Assembly: GCA_023213395.1 (NCBI GenBank)
Contig: CM041465.1
Span: 211,241,741 to 211,305,740, forward strand
Reading direction: 5' to 3'
Length of the DNA: 64,000 nucleotides
From: Cycas panzhihuaensis
Lineage: Eukaryota; Plantae; Cycadophyta
In this document: one piece after another, positions 1-13,815 of the stretch
How positions within the stretch are numbered: the stretch's first letter is position 1
How the letters are laid out: every line of letters starts with the position of its first letter
Translations under genes and position numbers: made by a program
The notes under the pieces: generated by a model
Told to the model about the DNA's origin: nothing
Seen by the model: only the letters and a program-made list of their open reading frames with translations
Database searches by the model: none

Positions 1-2779
1 CTTACAACATGTGTCTTTGTATCATGAAGTAATTTTAAAAAGTTGTGAGTAAATTATGCTTGATCCAAGTATGTATGTATAGATGCAACTTTGACTTTGT
101 TAATTGGAACATTGAGAAAAACTTAAATTTAAACTTTATCTTTTGTAATCTGTATGCTATCAACAATTGTCATATCATAAAATTCATTTTTGTCATATCA
201 GATTCATTCTCCATCATGTCATAGGATTCATTCTCCTCAAATAGAGATCAAATCCTTATGTAGCAAGTTGGTCCCGCATTTGATATGAATCTTCATTGGT
301 TTTATTATCATAATCCACATGTTCACTGTCTCACATGCTCAACAAAATAACATCAAATACAAGGAGGGTATCTCCCCATGAGTGGAAATTAAAATATCCC
401 AAATAGATTTAGAGGTCATTAATTCACAAACCTTTGAAAAACATCATCATGAATAGTACAAAATAATAATGCTAATGCTTCACTATCCTTTCTAATGTTT
501 TCCTTAATACTAACATCATAGTCATCTTACAAATATTTCCATAAATCATGCAATAAAATAGTTTTTATAATCTTGTGCCATTCTAAAAAATTTTGCCCAT
601 CAAATATAGGTAATTGTGCCATGTTATCAAAAAATATAGTATATAAAAATAAATATGCTCTTATCAAATCAAAAATCAATAAGCCAATGAACATATATGA
701 TTTCAAATAAATTTTTGAAAGAGATGTAATGCCTTTTAAAATGAATCAATCAATGCAATCTTTACAAGTGCAATAAGAAAATAATCTTTGCAATAATGAT
801 AAATGCTCTCAAATCAATAACTCGAAGAATGAAAAGTTTATATGATGTCAAATATACTCTTGAAAAGAAATATAATACATCAATGAATATATATGATTTT
901 AAATGAACCTTTTGATTTTTCAAATGGATAAATGTAAAACTTTCAATCAATAAATCCTTAGACTTCATAATAATATATAATATTGAAATTAAAATATATA
1001 TGAGTATTTTCACTTTGAAAATAATGATATGTAGAAATTCTTTAATAAAAAGTAATATACTCCTTAAAGCAAGGTTTAAAGGATAACCTCAAGTTTGATA
1101 GCTTCAAAGGTAGACTAAATGATATCAGAATAATATGAAACTTCACTAATATGAAAATAAATAAAATATAAATCCAATGAATTGACCATTTTGAAAATGG
1201 GTTCCTCAGAAGTCAAGATTTGATAAATCAAAAGTATAGGCCTCGCTTTAAGGCACAACAGAGCAGGGGCTCAAAATTGTATAAAATGGCAATAAAATAT
1301 TTAGAAAATATTGTAAAACAATCAAATATCATTTATAAGATTTATAAATATACTTTCAATTGAAAAAAATTAAAAAATTATATATAAAAAAGTGTAAATA
1401 TGGCAGGTTTAAAGCAATAAAGTACCTCTACTTTGAGTGATTTAAAAATTAGTAAAAATACATTAAAATGTATAAAAACCTATATCGATTGAAGAGAATT
1501 GAATTAGCTTCCACATGAAACTAATGGGACTAAATTTAGATGTCAAAGAGAAAAGTTATAGTGAAAATAGAAACTAGTACCTTTATAGTAAAATGATAAG
1601 AAAAATGTTAAAAACCACTAAAGTGCCAGTTTTGGTGATTAAAATAATGATAAAAATAAATTCTAAAAATTAAAATAAATACTTGACAGTAAATTTTATT
1701 GAATGTAGATCACTATGAAATAAATCTGGGTAGAAAATAGTCACCCGGTAATAAAATATAATCGATTAAAAATGATTTTGTAAAAAGTTTAAAATGGCTA
1801 AAAATGGATGATTGACTTTAAATCGATCAAACGGATGAAATCGACCAAATTGGTCATATGACCAACAAAATTAATCTACGAAATTTTTTGACCTAATGAA
1901 ATTGGTTTCGTTAGAAACAGATGCTTCAATGAGGAGTTATGGCAAAAGCAAACGCTAATAACCTTGTGTAGAATAAAAATTAAAAAAAAAGTTTATAAAA
2001 GTTTATTAGCCCCCTTTAAAGGTAGCTAACAGTCATATGCTGATTATGGGGGACTGGGGTTTGAGACCAAAGAGGAGATTAGGGTTTAAAATTCGAATTA
2101 AAAATTTTATTCGATTCAATTTAATTTTTTAAACTTAAGAAAATAAAAATAAAAAATAGCAAAAAGTGCTCAACGCCATCGTCAAGCTAAACCCGCTATC
2201 ATGGGCTGCCCGTCTTGAGCTACATGCACCCTTATGCATCAGCAAGAGAATCGGAGGAGACGAAGGTGAGAAAGCCGCAGGAGCAACCTTTGGCTTTGAG
2301 GAGTTTATTTTCAAGTGGTTTTTGAGGTTGTGTCTGTGTAGTCGTGCTCAGTTTTTTTCTATTGTTTTCTGTAGTAGTAATAATGGCCGAGGAGCAAGCC
2401 GAGTGAAAGCTTACTGGCATAGAGAATGGCTTGCAGTCGGTCTTCCTCAAAAACTCCAGAAGATAACTTTCCTTCTTTGATTTGGTTCCTGGGTTCTTTT
2501 TTTTTTTTAAGAAAAAACTTCTACAATTCCTTCAAAAACACAGAATTGAAAACAAATGTGTTTTCTTAACGATTTTCACCAGAGCACCTTCAGGATTGAG
2601 TTACTTTAGTCGTAATCACATTTAGACTAAAAAAACGTCATATTACACGTATGCGAAGGACTTTAAGCGGTGATGAGATCGAGCTCGGCCCACGTTTGAC
2701 GACGAAGGGCGAGAGACGAGGCAAAGACCGGCGATTGACTCGTTGGAGTGACCTCCACCCTATTCAATGTGAGTTATGT

Positions 2780-2878
2780 CATCTAATTCTTGAATATGCC
2801 GCAAAGGGTGAGATGTATAAAGAGCTTCAATTCTCTACATGTTTCAATAAAAGGCGAGCAACTACTTATGTTGCATCA
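2780..2878 (+). pseudogene. Aurora kinase gene fragment (kinase subdomain V region)
   Basis: Translates as HLILEYAAKGEMYKELQFSTCFNKRRATTYVAS, matching the plant Aurora motif YLILEYAAxGELYKELQKCKYFSERRAATYVAS. There is no flanking kinase sequence. Confidence 0.85.
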
Positions 2879-2953
2879 CCGCATAGATGTTGCTCTATGG
2901 TTCTTTGCTAAAGTTTCGGATCTAGTGTTTGCTACCTATTGTGATCTAGTACT

Positions 2954-3180
2954 ATTGAAGGTGTTGAACAACTTGCAGATGCAGTGAAGGTGATGATGGG
3001 ACCTAAGGATCACAATGTAGTTATTGAACAAAGCTTTGGTTCTCCAAAGGTCACAAAAGATGGTGTCACTATTGTAAAAATATTGAGTTCAAAGACACAA
3101 AGAAGAATGTGGGTGCAAGTCTTGTAAAGCAAGTTGCCAATGCAACCAATGATGTGGTGGAAATGGGAAAACATGTGCTA
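2954..3180 (+). pseudogene. Mitochondrial chaperonin HSP60/CPN60 N-terminal fragment with two 1-bp frameshifts
   Basis: From 2960 it reads [72 protein letters not shown]. This is the classic GroEL/HSP60 N-terminus, and [15 protein letters not shown] is the plant mitochondrial type. Confidence 0.93.
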
Positions 3181-3277
3181 ATAACCTTGCATAATGAATG
3201 ACTTGTTAAAAACTATTAGCATATTAGTATGTGTATTTTGTTTGTAATTTATAGAAATCCAAGCATGCACTTATTAG

Positions 3278-3372
3278 ATAAGAATGCAAAGAGGTGACGA
3301 GACTCTTTATGATGAGCTCTTCTCATATACCTATCCTAAATTTATTACACTATCGCCAGCTATGATGAGCCT
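3278..3372 (+). pseudogene. eIF3 subunit L gene fragment
   Basis: Reads IRMQRGDETLYDELFSYTYPKFITLSP, matching the eIF3L motif MxRMQxGDxxxYdELFSYxCPKFIT. It is preceded by TTATTAG. Confidence 0.8.
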
Positions 3373-3459
3373 AATAATGGCTTCTACTTCGATCAAAGGT
3401 AGGAGGCAAGGCCCAAAAAATGCAGGATGTAATAGGAAAGCGAGATGTGGCTAATAAAA

Positions 3460-4976
3460 GGGGCAATGTAGAAAGCAGAGTATAGAAACAATATGCCTTC
3501 TTTGGCCTACAAGATCAAAGACCAATAAAAATTTTGAGAATTTATTGTATTCCTTTTGTAAAGAATGAAAATAATTGATAGTTTTTGCACTCCTTTTCCA
3601 CAAATGAAAATGCTTATGTGCATGAGATGTCAAAAATATGTAATGTAAAACATATGAGAAATAAAATATCAATGTGAGGAGCATGGACACATTTTTCAAA
3701 TATCTTAAAGAAGATATATCGGATAAATAAAATATACATGTGTTTGTAATTGAAATATTTTCAAATCTATTGTAGATATATCGAAATATGAGTTTAGATC
3801 TAAAAAGGAAATCAAGAACTTGGAAAAAGTTGTAGCAGACTTCATCTGCTATATATATTGCTCCGAACATGAATATGCTTCAAAGATTATAGATCCGTAA
3901 AAGACTTGAAAATGTAGTCGAGAATATATAATGAAAAAATATAGATCTGAAAAGAAATATAGCAGATCTAAACTAAATATTGCAGATCTGAAATAACTAT
4001 GCGAGAAGATATTGTAATACTTCCTGAAAAAAGTAGATCTGAAGTAAAAACTAATAGATCTAAAAAAATATTAAATATTTGAACAGAATAAACCAGGAAA
4101 CTATCAAATATTTGATAGAAAGAGCAGATCTTAAAAATATAAGCGATCCAGAGAAAGCTATGGTGGATCTCAAGTAAAGATTATAGATCTTGAAGAAAAC
4201 CGTATGAATCTTGCATGCAACCGATCTCCTTTACGGATCCGTGAAAATATTAGATAAAATAGACAAATATACTTGTAAACTGTCAAATATGTAATAAAAA
4301 CTGAGATCCGAAAAAAATATTAAATATGAGAAAAACTTGAATATATATATCTTATCTTTGAAATAATGATGAAATATAAGATAAAATGTGTAGAATCAAG
4401 AAATATGGCTCAAATCTAAGAAAAACTTGAGCAAATATGGCTTCCTAACAAATCCTACATAGATCCGCACAAATCGAAAATAAACTCGAAAATTATTTGT
4501 TATATCACCAATATAACTCAATAATGATCAAAACTTGTGAAAACTTACGTAAAAATGAATGTAACCGAATATTTGTTCTTTGGAGTAAATCATCCTCAAA
4601 ATACCAATAACCTTCCTTCTTCTTCAAGAAAACTTCAATAATAGATCATGAACCTTCTCTGATACCAAATGTAGGAAAATATTGCAGGAGAACAGGTAAT
4701 ATAGAATAGAATCATATAGATCAATATTGCAATACATCAATGTAGTATAAATGAAAATGCATTATAGTGATTCCATTATAGTGAAGAGAGTTATAAATTT
4801 CTCAACTAAGGGCGATGTCTAAAGACACTATGGTTGCACACCCCTCAATATTTATAATTTAGGGAGGAGGAAAACTCTTCAACCCTTGAATTTAAAATAA
4901 TAATAAAATAATGTTAGCTTAACTCAAATGAAACTAACTTATATTAAAGTTAAACTTACCTTAACTTACCTCGACA
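3460..4976 (-). mobile_element. Partial LTR retrotransposon: 5' LTR (~4670-4976), tRNA-Met PBS and AGATCT-rich internal region
   Basis: TCTCTGATACCA at 4656-4667 (minus strand TGGTATCAGAGA) abuts a TG...CA segment at 4670-4976. The internal region has many AGATCT/AGATCC motifs. No second LTR was found and the left boundary is uncertain. Confidence 0.55.
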
Positions 4977-7900
4977 TATTGAGCATCACATATCTAAATT
5001 GAATTGATGAAGTGTACAATCACGGTTGGAAAGGTGGAAGTGGAGCGATGATGATTAACTCCAACAACTAGGATGATACTATTATTGAGCGAGGTATCAT
5101 ACAATATCCCCATATCATTTACTATTAGTCAATGGATGGAGGGATGAGTCTTGAATGGAAAAAATAGGCTCATCTAGCAAGGAATCATTAACAGTGTATG
5201 CGAAGGGTTGGGGATAGGGGCATTAGCCATTATTTGGCGACCATAATTCCTTTCTTTGATTTCCTATTAATAATCTAAAGATCAAATTCTTGAAGGAGGA
5301 TGGCCCACTTGCCACCCCACTACATCAAGTCGATTAGGTTAAAAGGTACCTCAAGGGATTGGATTGAATAATCACTTGAATAATGTTTCTAAGCAAGTAG
5401 TGCCTAAACTTCTTGGTGGCATACACCAAGGAAAGACATTCCTTCTCGGTAGGAGAGTAGTTGAGCTCGGCAACTAGAGTATGGTGATAAAGTAGATGGC
5501 TTTCTCGATCCACAGTCATCTTCTTGGGTGAGTATAGCCCCTAAGGATTTGTTGGTAGCTGAGGTATAAAGGATGAAAGGTTGATCAAGAGAAGAGGAGC
5601 CAAGGTCGAGGTGGAATCCAAGGCTCTTTCAATCTCTTTGAAGGCTTCCTAGGCTTTTGGAGACCAAAGGAATGGGACCTCTTTCTTTAATAGGTTGGTG
5701 AGGGGTTTTGCGTTTATGGCAAAGTTTGCCAAGAAACGCCTAAGGAATCCTAATCTGCCCAAGAACGACTTGATTTGTCGTTGAGTCTTGAGAGGAGACA
5801 TATCAAGGATTGCCTTGACTTTGTTAGGATCAATCTAGATTCCTTGTTTGAAATAAAGGAAACCAAGGAGTTCGATTGTCATAACAAACATACATTTAAG
5901 AGGGTTTAAGCTCACATGGTATTTGTGACATCTAGTAAAGATAGCTCACAAATTGCTAGGATGGTGGGCCCTTATATGAGAAAGACCTATCATATCATTC
6001 ATGAAAACCTCAAGGGTCTTGTTAATGAGGTCATGGAAGGTAAATTACATCGCCCTCCAGTGGCTGGCGCCTATATTCTTGAGCCTAAAGGGCATCGCTT
6101 TGTAAGTGAAGGTGGCCCAAAGAGTGGTGAAGGCCATTTTACGATGGTCTTCAAGAGAGATCTGGATCTAGTTATACCCAAAGAAGTCATCTATCAAGGA
6201 CATGACCTCAAATCCAATGGTTCAATCAATGAAGGGTAGAGGAAAGTTGTCTTTAGGACATGTGTTGTTAATGTCATGAAAATCAATATATATTCGAATT
6301 GTCTTATTCTTTTTAGTAATAGGAATGATGCTCGAGACATATTTGGGGTAGTCAATGGAGGAGATTAACCCCTTATTTAGGAGTTTCCCAACTTCCATTT
6401 TCATAGCAGTTAAAAGTTTAGGATGAAGATAGCATTATTTTTGCTCCATAGGCCAAGCACCCAAAATGGTAGTGAGGTTGTGGGTAATAATAGAAGGGTC
6501 TATTACCTTCATATTAGAGTAATCCCATGTAAAGATGTCGTAGAATTCCTAGAAAAGAAGGGTGTATTCCTTCATTTCTTCAGGGGAACATTCCACTCCC
6601 ACCTTGATGACCTTATCATGAGCAAGGATGATGTCCTTGGTTGCCCCCATGTACATGGCATTCCCTTCCTTGAAGTAAAGGGGGGCTCAATCAATAGGAG
6701 GACGAAGAAAATGAAGGTCGATTTGGGTTGACTAAGGGTGAACCAATGGCTAAAATCTTTTAGTAACTAAGTTTATGGTGACCAAGAGGGATATTGAACC
6801 ACGGAGCCCACTAAATGCTAAGGCCTCGTCATTCTCAAAGTAATCTATCCCATGGATAGTTCTACTTGGAGAAGGCGAAATGAGGAGTAAAAGGAGTAGT
6901 AGGGCCATAATAATCTACCCACCATTCAACATAGTTAGTAGACTCTTGGAAGAGTCGAAGGGTGATCTCCTATGATAGGTGACAAGAGGTTCCCTCCCAC
7001 CTCTCTCAAGGAAAGCGATGAGGAAGAAGATGAAGTGATATAGGGAGTCGCCAAGAGGCGGGGCAATAGTATGTGATTCAAGAGGAGGACTAAGCTCCTT
7101 AATGTAAGAGATCTTAGGTCGAGACACGAAATGAAGGAGTCCCCCTACTCATGTTCGGGAAGGATATAGGATGAGGGAGTTCCTCATCATCATTGTCAAA
7201 CTCATTATCACTTAGCATGACGAGGTACCCATAACTCCCTATACTAATAGGGGCAAAATATATAAGGTTAGAGGAAGAAGAGGAAGGGCCTTCTTCCAAA
7301 TAAGATGCACTAGGAATATCGATAGAACAAGTAGAAGTGTGAGTAGAGGGGCCCTTATCACCCTTCACCTAGTCACAAACTTCTTGATAGGGTTCATGGG
7401 ATTGCTTCATGGGAGGAGGCTCTAGGAAACAACCTTCATTCACTCTTCATGGATGATTCTAAGTTGCCCCAATGGGAAGAGCACATGGCTCCCATCTGGT
7501 CAAGCCATAGGTGTCCCAACACAATGTTGTAATCCACATTTATGTTGAGGACTATGATATTGACGATAGCTTTATCCTCAAGAGTGAGAGGAATGGAGAC
7601 TAACCCCCAAGGGTATCTTTTGCTACCATCGTAGTCTTGACAATGCCATGGGACTAGTTCGAGGCGATACACCTAACTCTTGCATTATCCAAGGGAATAG
7701 CATTAATGGAAGAATCATTATCTACAATAGTCCTTTGAAGGGTGCATTTAGGTGTGTCTATGGAGATGGTGAAGGGTAGTGCCATTGACATTCCCTTTCA
7801 TTGATTGGAGGGAGATTTTTAGGGTCGAATGAGATGATAGGTTCACGACTTGGGAAACACCCAAAGCATGAATGGGGGCGTCGCCTAGTCCTAAAGTCTC

Positions 7901-10900
7901 TAAGAGAAGAGCACGTTACTCGGATAACTTCTTAAGATGTCCATCATGGACATCCCCACGACCATAGTGTGAAGCTCGTCAATGATAGAGAAGGGCTTAC
8001 CCTTTGCGATGGGTTGGGGTAGCATCCTTCAAAAGTCATAACAATGGGTGCATGGGGATAGTCTCGGTAAGTAGTAGGATCTCGAAGAGGATTCTCCAAA
8101 GGAGAATCAAGATGAGAAGAAGAACAAGTGTCGATTACTTCTTTAGTTGCTTGGGGCCGAGTCAAGGGATACGATGATGTGGTCTTAAGCATTTGGATAA
8201 CCCTCTTTCCCTTGTTTCAGGATCGAGAGGGAGAAGGAGTTCAATGGTGGGAATTAGAAGAAGAGGAAGAGTTCCTTACACCTTTCCCTTTAGCTTGCAT
8301 AGGGTGAGGGTTAAGGGATCTTCCCCTATTTTGATTCCCTTTTTGGTTGGTGTGGTGATCCCGTTCCCCATGTTTAGGGAGAGGATCCTTATGAACAAGT
8401 TAGTCTAAGTTGGGCCTAGACTCTCATTTAGAGGAGGAGTCATGATGCAGGTGGATTTGGGGTGTTTTGTCCTACATTGTGAGTCCACATGAAAGCACTC
8501 CCCATGAATGGAATATCACTTCTTCTCCAAGGAAGAGTCTGTCTTCATTGCTTGTGAAGCTTGGGTATTACTGCTCTTGGGAGGTGCAGCTTGAGAATCT
8601 TAATGGACAAGTTTATGGGAAGTAGATGACAAAAGTGCTTGGAGTTTAAGTTCCTTCGTTATGCGTTTAAAAGAATGTATAGCGGAAGTTAAGGAGTCCA
8701 AGGTCTTATTTATCGAATGGGATGAAGACCTAGGAGGTTGTTGGATTTTGGTATCATGGGATGGAGGAGGCACCTCACTTCATTGCGATAACCTAAGAGG
8801 CTTCTTAAGGCGGCTTGGATCTCAAGAGCCAAACATTTGGCTATGGGTGAGTCACATGTTGTTGCCCCCATCTTGAGGACTTCAACATGGACTTCGGGAC
8901 AAAGGGCATTAACAAAAGATCTCTCTTTAACTCCTTAGGAAAGGTTACCTTCGTGGAGTGGAGAAGATCGTGGAAATGTCTCACAAAGTCATGATTTATT
9001 TCTTCGTGACCTTGTTTAAGGGACAAGAGAGCCTTCATTACGCTTTCTGGAAGGGATAAACAATGTCAAAATAATTGATGAATTCATCAATGAGTTCTTT
9101 GGAATAAGTAGATGGAGTGTGCAAGAAGGCGATAGAACCATTTGAGGGCATTGCCTTAGAGAGAGCATGGGAAAATCTCCATTAGAATGTGATCGTATGC
9201 CCAATAATCGATGCATTCCATAGAAAATCTTCTAACGTGCTCTGTTGGGTCTTGAGAAGAGGCCGTCAAACTTGGGCACCTCGGGAGGGTGAGGCGAAAG
9301 TTAGTTATTAAGGCCTTAATGGATAAAGGAGTTGACCTATAGTCCATGAAGGGATGGGCCCTTGATTGGATTATAGGGTTAATGAAAATGAAGATGGAGG
9401 TGGGAAAAGATGCTCAAACCCTCCTTGGCTTGAAGCAGAATGCAATCTTCCTCCTGCTTGGTGGGAAGGGACTAATCTTAAATGTGAAGAGATTAGAAAA
9501 TGAGCGGATGGGTAAGAAAGGCCCATGCCCCTTGCAGAGATATGCCCCTTGTTGAAAGGAGGCTTAAGAGAGGCACCTTAGGGAGGGCTTTCCCTCCTTG
9601 CGAAGGTGCCACATAAGAAGAACATAAGGAGATGGAATAGAATGGTGTGAAACAGTTTTGGCCATATGGGCCACCTATAAGTGGCGCAATGCCATATGGA
9701 TGCAATAGTTCCCTTTGCATAAGCAGGAGGGATTTCCCTTACCATGCCCCCATGGTTGGGAAGTATATCTTGGGGGCACGTGAGGGAGGAATCCTTAGAT
9801 TGAGTTAGGGAGTGCATTGGGGATTTGCCCACATGACTAGATGTAGAGGGATATATGGGTCCCCTAGATTTAACGGGAGGTAGATGGACTACGGTCGGTT
9901 GGGGCATAGTCACTTGGCTAGAGGAGGCATACTCAATCCAAGTTGGGAAGTGGGTATGCCTTGGGTAGTCCCTAAGGAATGTGGACCACAAGAAGAAGAA
10001 GACATAACAAGGGATACCCCTATTTTAGGTATGGAAGTCAAATGGGATGAATGCGAAGATGCAGATGTGGAGAAGGGGAGCATTACGCTTCACAATGCTA
10101 TTCAACCACTTGGCATGTGGTTGGAGGTTATCTGCTTGGAATCACTAATTAAGCGCTTCCACCATGTCCATGGGAGGGTTTCTACATGCTCATATTAGGT
10201 TAAAGGATCCTCGTATGAAGTAGACCCCGAAGATGATCCTCATGGGCATTATCACCTAAATGGTGATATCCCATAGGAGAAGAGCCTTCCACCTCATGAG
10301 TGGAAAGGTGATGAACTTGTAGGTGTTCTTGGTCACTCGGATAGAACATAGGGTCCTCGCCCTCTTGGGTTAGCCCACGGAAAGAAGTAGAGGGTTGGTG
10401 GGATTTAGAAACATAGGCATGGTATGTCTAATCAAGGAATCCTCTATGGTCGACTCGAGAATTAGACAATGGAAGGGTATAATAAGGAGAATCTTCCAAC
10501 GAAGGAGGGATCCCTCATAAGCGACAAGAGAATCGTCACATACAAGTCTCCCTAAGTGTTGGAAGAAAAGGAGATGATAAAATAACAAGCATTGGGGGCT
10601 ACCTAACGAATCGAGGAGGGCTACCGAAAGAGGAGTAGTACCAATAGAAAGGGAAAATGATAGATCCCCTACTAACGAGTCCCGGTATGGTCACTAGTGG
10701 AATCACACCTCTATGGGTCACCAAATTCAAAGAGATCAAGCTAATACAACTAATAATTTTATGGCTTAAGGATCTATAGGCGAGGAAATTATCATCCACA
10801 AAGGGCATTCATATATCATAACGCAGTTCGAGGACACAGTAAATGGCGTACAAACTTCCTTTCGATTGTAAGCACTTTCTCAATTCAAAAGGGCAAGAGA

Positions 10901-13815
10901 GGACTTCCCCAATTTCTTTGAGTAGCCTCACGAAGAAGCATCCTATCCTAGATGTCCAAGGAAGGAGGATATCGGTGAGACACGCCCTCTCGTAAAGAGA
11001 GGCGGGTGGAGTAGGTCTTAACCAAAGAAGAAAAGACTTACACACAAGTGGTAGGCGGCTAGTGATACAAATGATGAAGGGAAGTTGGGCTAAATAGGCA
11101 ACTTTGGGTTAAAGGTAAAGCAAAGAGAGGATTTACTAAAAGGGAAAGAGAAGACCTTAAGGGGTGGTGCCCTAAGGTGCTTACACCCAAGATGGGAGCT
11201 AGGTGTAGGAGACAAAGCAAGGTATTTTATTTCTATTTTTTGGTTATGTGGTGAGACAATATGGGGGTATGAGTTATCATTATTTGTATTTTATTTTCAT
11301 GTGAAAAGGGAAGTCAACAAAACTACATACTACCTCTTTTCCTAAGTTCTAACCTCCCTCTCCTTACTTTTTATGAGCGAAGAAAAGGAAAAGATAAGCA
11401 AGAAGCAAATAAAAGAAAGAGTGCAAGAGCTAATGTGAGTCAACTTGATAGCATGTAAGGAAAGATTGGATGTAAGTAGAAAGACCCACAACCTATCTCA
11501 CTCAAACCCTAGCGAAGTGGGAGTTTGAGTGAAAGGAAGAAAGCAAAAATGCAACTAGCGGGAGGCGAGCCTACTTATACATGGCAATGGTCTTTCCCCT
11601 CGTAGTTAAGCAAGACAAGCGACAAGCGATGCAATGCAAACTATCTTTTCCTTTTTAATCTTTCTTTTTCTAGGAGTAAAAGTGGGAGAAGGCAAGGAGT
11701 GAAAAGACAAGATGGAAGTAGTGTGCACAGGCTGGATGGTCAATGCAGAGGTCTCTTTGATTCCTTCATAATCCACGCTCATCCACTTGATGCACCTTGT
11801 CACGAGTGATATGGCGAAGAGGATACCGAAGGCTTCCTTACCTTCCCGATGTTTGGATGTAAAAAACTAAAAGAAAAGAAGAAAGAAGTGCTTATGTCAA
11901 AACTTCAAAGTATTATGATAACAACATAAAATAAACATATGTACCTACAATGGAAGCCTTTGTTTGCTCCAAAGTGAATGAAATTTTCACAACACAAGGT
12001 TTGCCCTTTTCCAAGGGGCACTAGTTTCATATGGGGACAAGTGTGTACAAATATATGCATATGCCTTTCCAAAATAAAGTAGCGGAGAAAGTAACCTTAA
12101 CAAATACCTTTTGAATAATCAAATATGCAATGTTAGTTTTGTTTTAACATGTATTCATAACAAGCCAATAGTGCGGGAAGGAGGTGAGAGAGAGAAGAAT
12201 GGGTAACCTCGGAATGGTTGAACCTCCTAATAGAACGTCTCCATGTTACGAAGCACTCAAGCGGATGGCTAAAGAGGGCCAAGATCATCTACTAGTAAAG
12301 AAGATAGCAAGTTTTACATATGAAAAGAAACATTGAAAAAGGTTACAAAAGTTGCAAAGTTTGCAAAAGTGAGCCCAAGGCTAACGAGAAAACAAAGAGC
12401 TATTGATAACTAAGTTTTATGGGGGTTTTGGTGGCTAGTCGCGAGGCATAGTAAGGTCTTGCTAATCTGCAATCAAAGAAAGTTCCCTACCCCAAAAGTT
12501 TTCATGTGGACAAGAGAGATATAGGGAGAATAAAAGAGTGGAGAGGGGCTACCCTTGAGGAGAAGGCGTAAGGATGTAGAACCCTACCTAAAACTCCTTT
12601 CTCTCTCTGTTGGTCACTTTTCTTTCCACCTCTTTGGATGGACCCGAGGAAAATCTTTGAGGAGGAGGGAATGAACAAAGGAAGGGGAGGTTTGCCTCCC
12701 GGAATGAAAGAACAAAGAGTAGTTTCACACGACAAATGAAGAAACCAAGCAAAGGATCCTTCATTTATAGGAAAAAGAAGGATGCAGGCTTGTAGGTACC
12801 TGGTAAGGGCAGATCTAAGGTAGATCTACCTTGTTTGCTAATTAAAGAGGAGGTTCCCTTTGGAAGACTGATGGAAGAGAACTGCAATAGTATAAGAATA
12901 AAGCATAACCTACAGTAAAGTGGGTGCTTGAGGCTTGATGGAATACATCGATGAAGATCTATCTCGGGAAGTTGCTCACGTAGCCCTACAACTCATGTTT
13001 CTACCTTAAAGGAAGTGATAGCGGGAGTAGGAGGCAAGTACAACAAGTTAGGAGCTTATTTCAAAACTTTCTTTTGAGTTGAGGAGGAAGAAGGGAAGCA
13101 AATGAGGAGAATTTCGTTTTAAACCCAAACCTAGGCTCAACGGGTGATTAGGGTTCGGTTTAGGCGAGAAACAAAGCAACGCTAGGTAATAATTTCACAT
13201 TTAATACAAAATTAGGCATGGCCAAATAAAAAAAAAATTGAGCAGTCGCATCATGGCAAACTTTGCGGTACCATAAAGTTTGCGGTGGTGCATGAAGTTC
13301 TGATGGTGCCTTTGGAAACTAAGGTAAAACAAAAGGGGTAATCCAGGAGACTTTCAAGAAGGGCAATCCTAGACTCTAAGAGGGAAATAATGCAATGCCA
13401 AGGTGCTAAGGGGTCTTAAGACCTAAGAGGACCATGATACGTGATATAAAGGATTCCAAAAAGACAATGGCTAAAAAAGGTGACAAGCGAGCCTAAGTGC
13501 GATGCTAAGGGCTATGTCATGCCAAGAAACAATGGGGGACGAGTTACGGAGCCCAAACATACTCGGAAACATTATGGGGATGTGGTAGAGGGTCGTAGGA
13601 TGCCATGGGATATGTAACCTAAGTTGTCATAGGCTAAAGTCTCAAGATACAACATGCATAGGTAAGCGATGCACAATGATCATATAATCAACTAATCAAT
13701 GTGTAATGTGTCTCTATCAACAACCTCCTAGTAACCTAAAGCCAAGGAGTGAGGATAGAAGCATACCGCACTTATCTGGTCAGTCGCCCATGTTAATTCC
13801 CAATAGCGGGAAATT
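4977..13815 (-). mobile_element. Degenerate Ty3/gypsy Tat-like retrotransposon, copy A (5' LTR, gag, protease, RT, RNase H; integrase truncated)
   Basis: Domains seen: RNase H NYSPTEKECLSLVYATKKFRHYLL (5334-5519), RT DFHDINNTCPKDNFPLPFID (6222-6404), protease IVDNDSSIN (~7710) and YNIVLGHLWL, and gag DPTEHVRRF (9156-9347). The region ~10725-13815 shares motifs with the LTR at 43537-46244. Confidence 0.85.
10725..13815 (-). repeat. ~3-kb 5' LTR of Tat-like copy A
   Basis: Motifs shared with 43537-46244: CTTACCTTCCC (11838/44301), GTGATTAGGGT (13144/45624) and GAAGCATACC...CACTTA (13758/46187). A PBS-like GGGTCACCA lies at ~10716-10724. Boundaries are approximate. Confidence 0.6.

Noticed and set aside
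2166-2200. VLNAIVKLNP as a ribosomal protein L4 fragment
   Set aside because: The match is too short and similarity does not extend.
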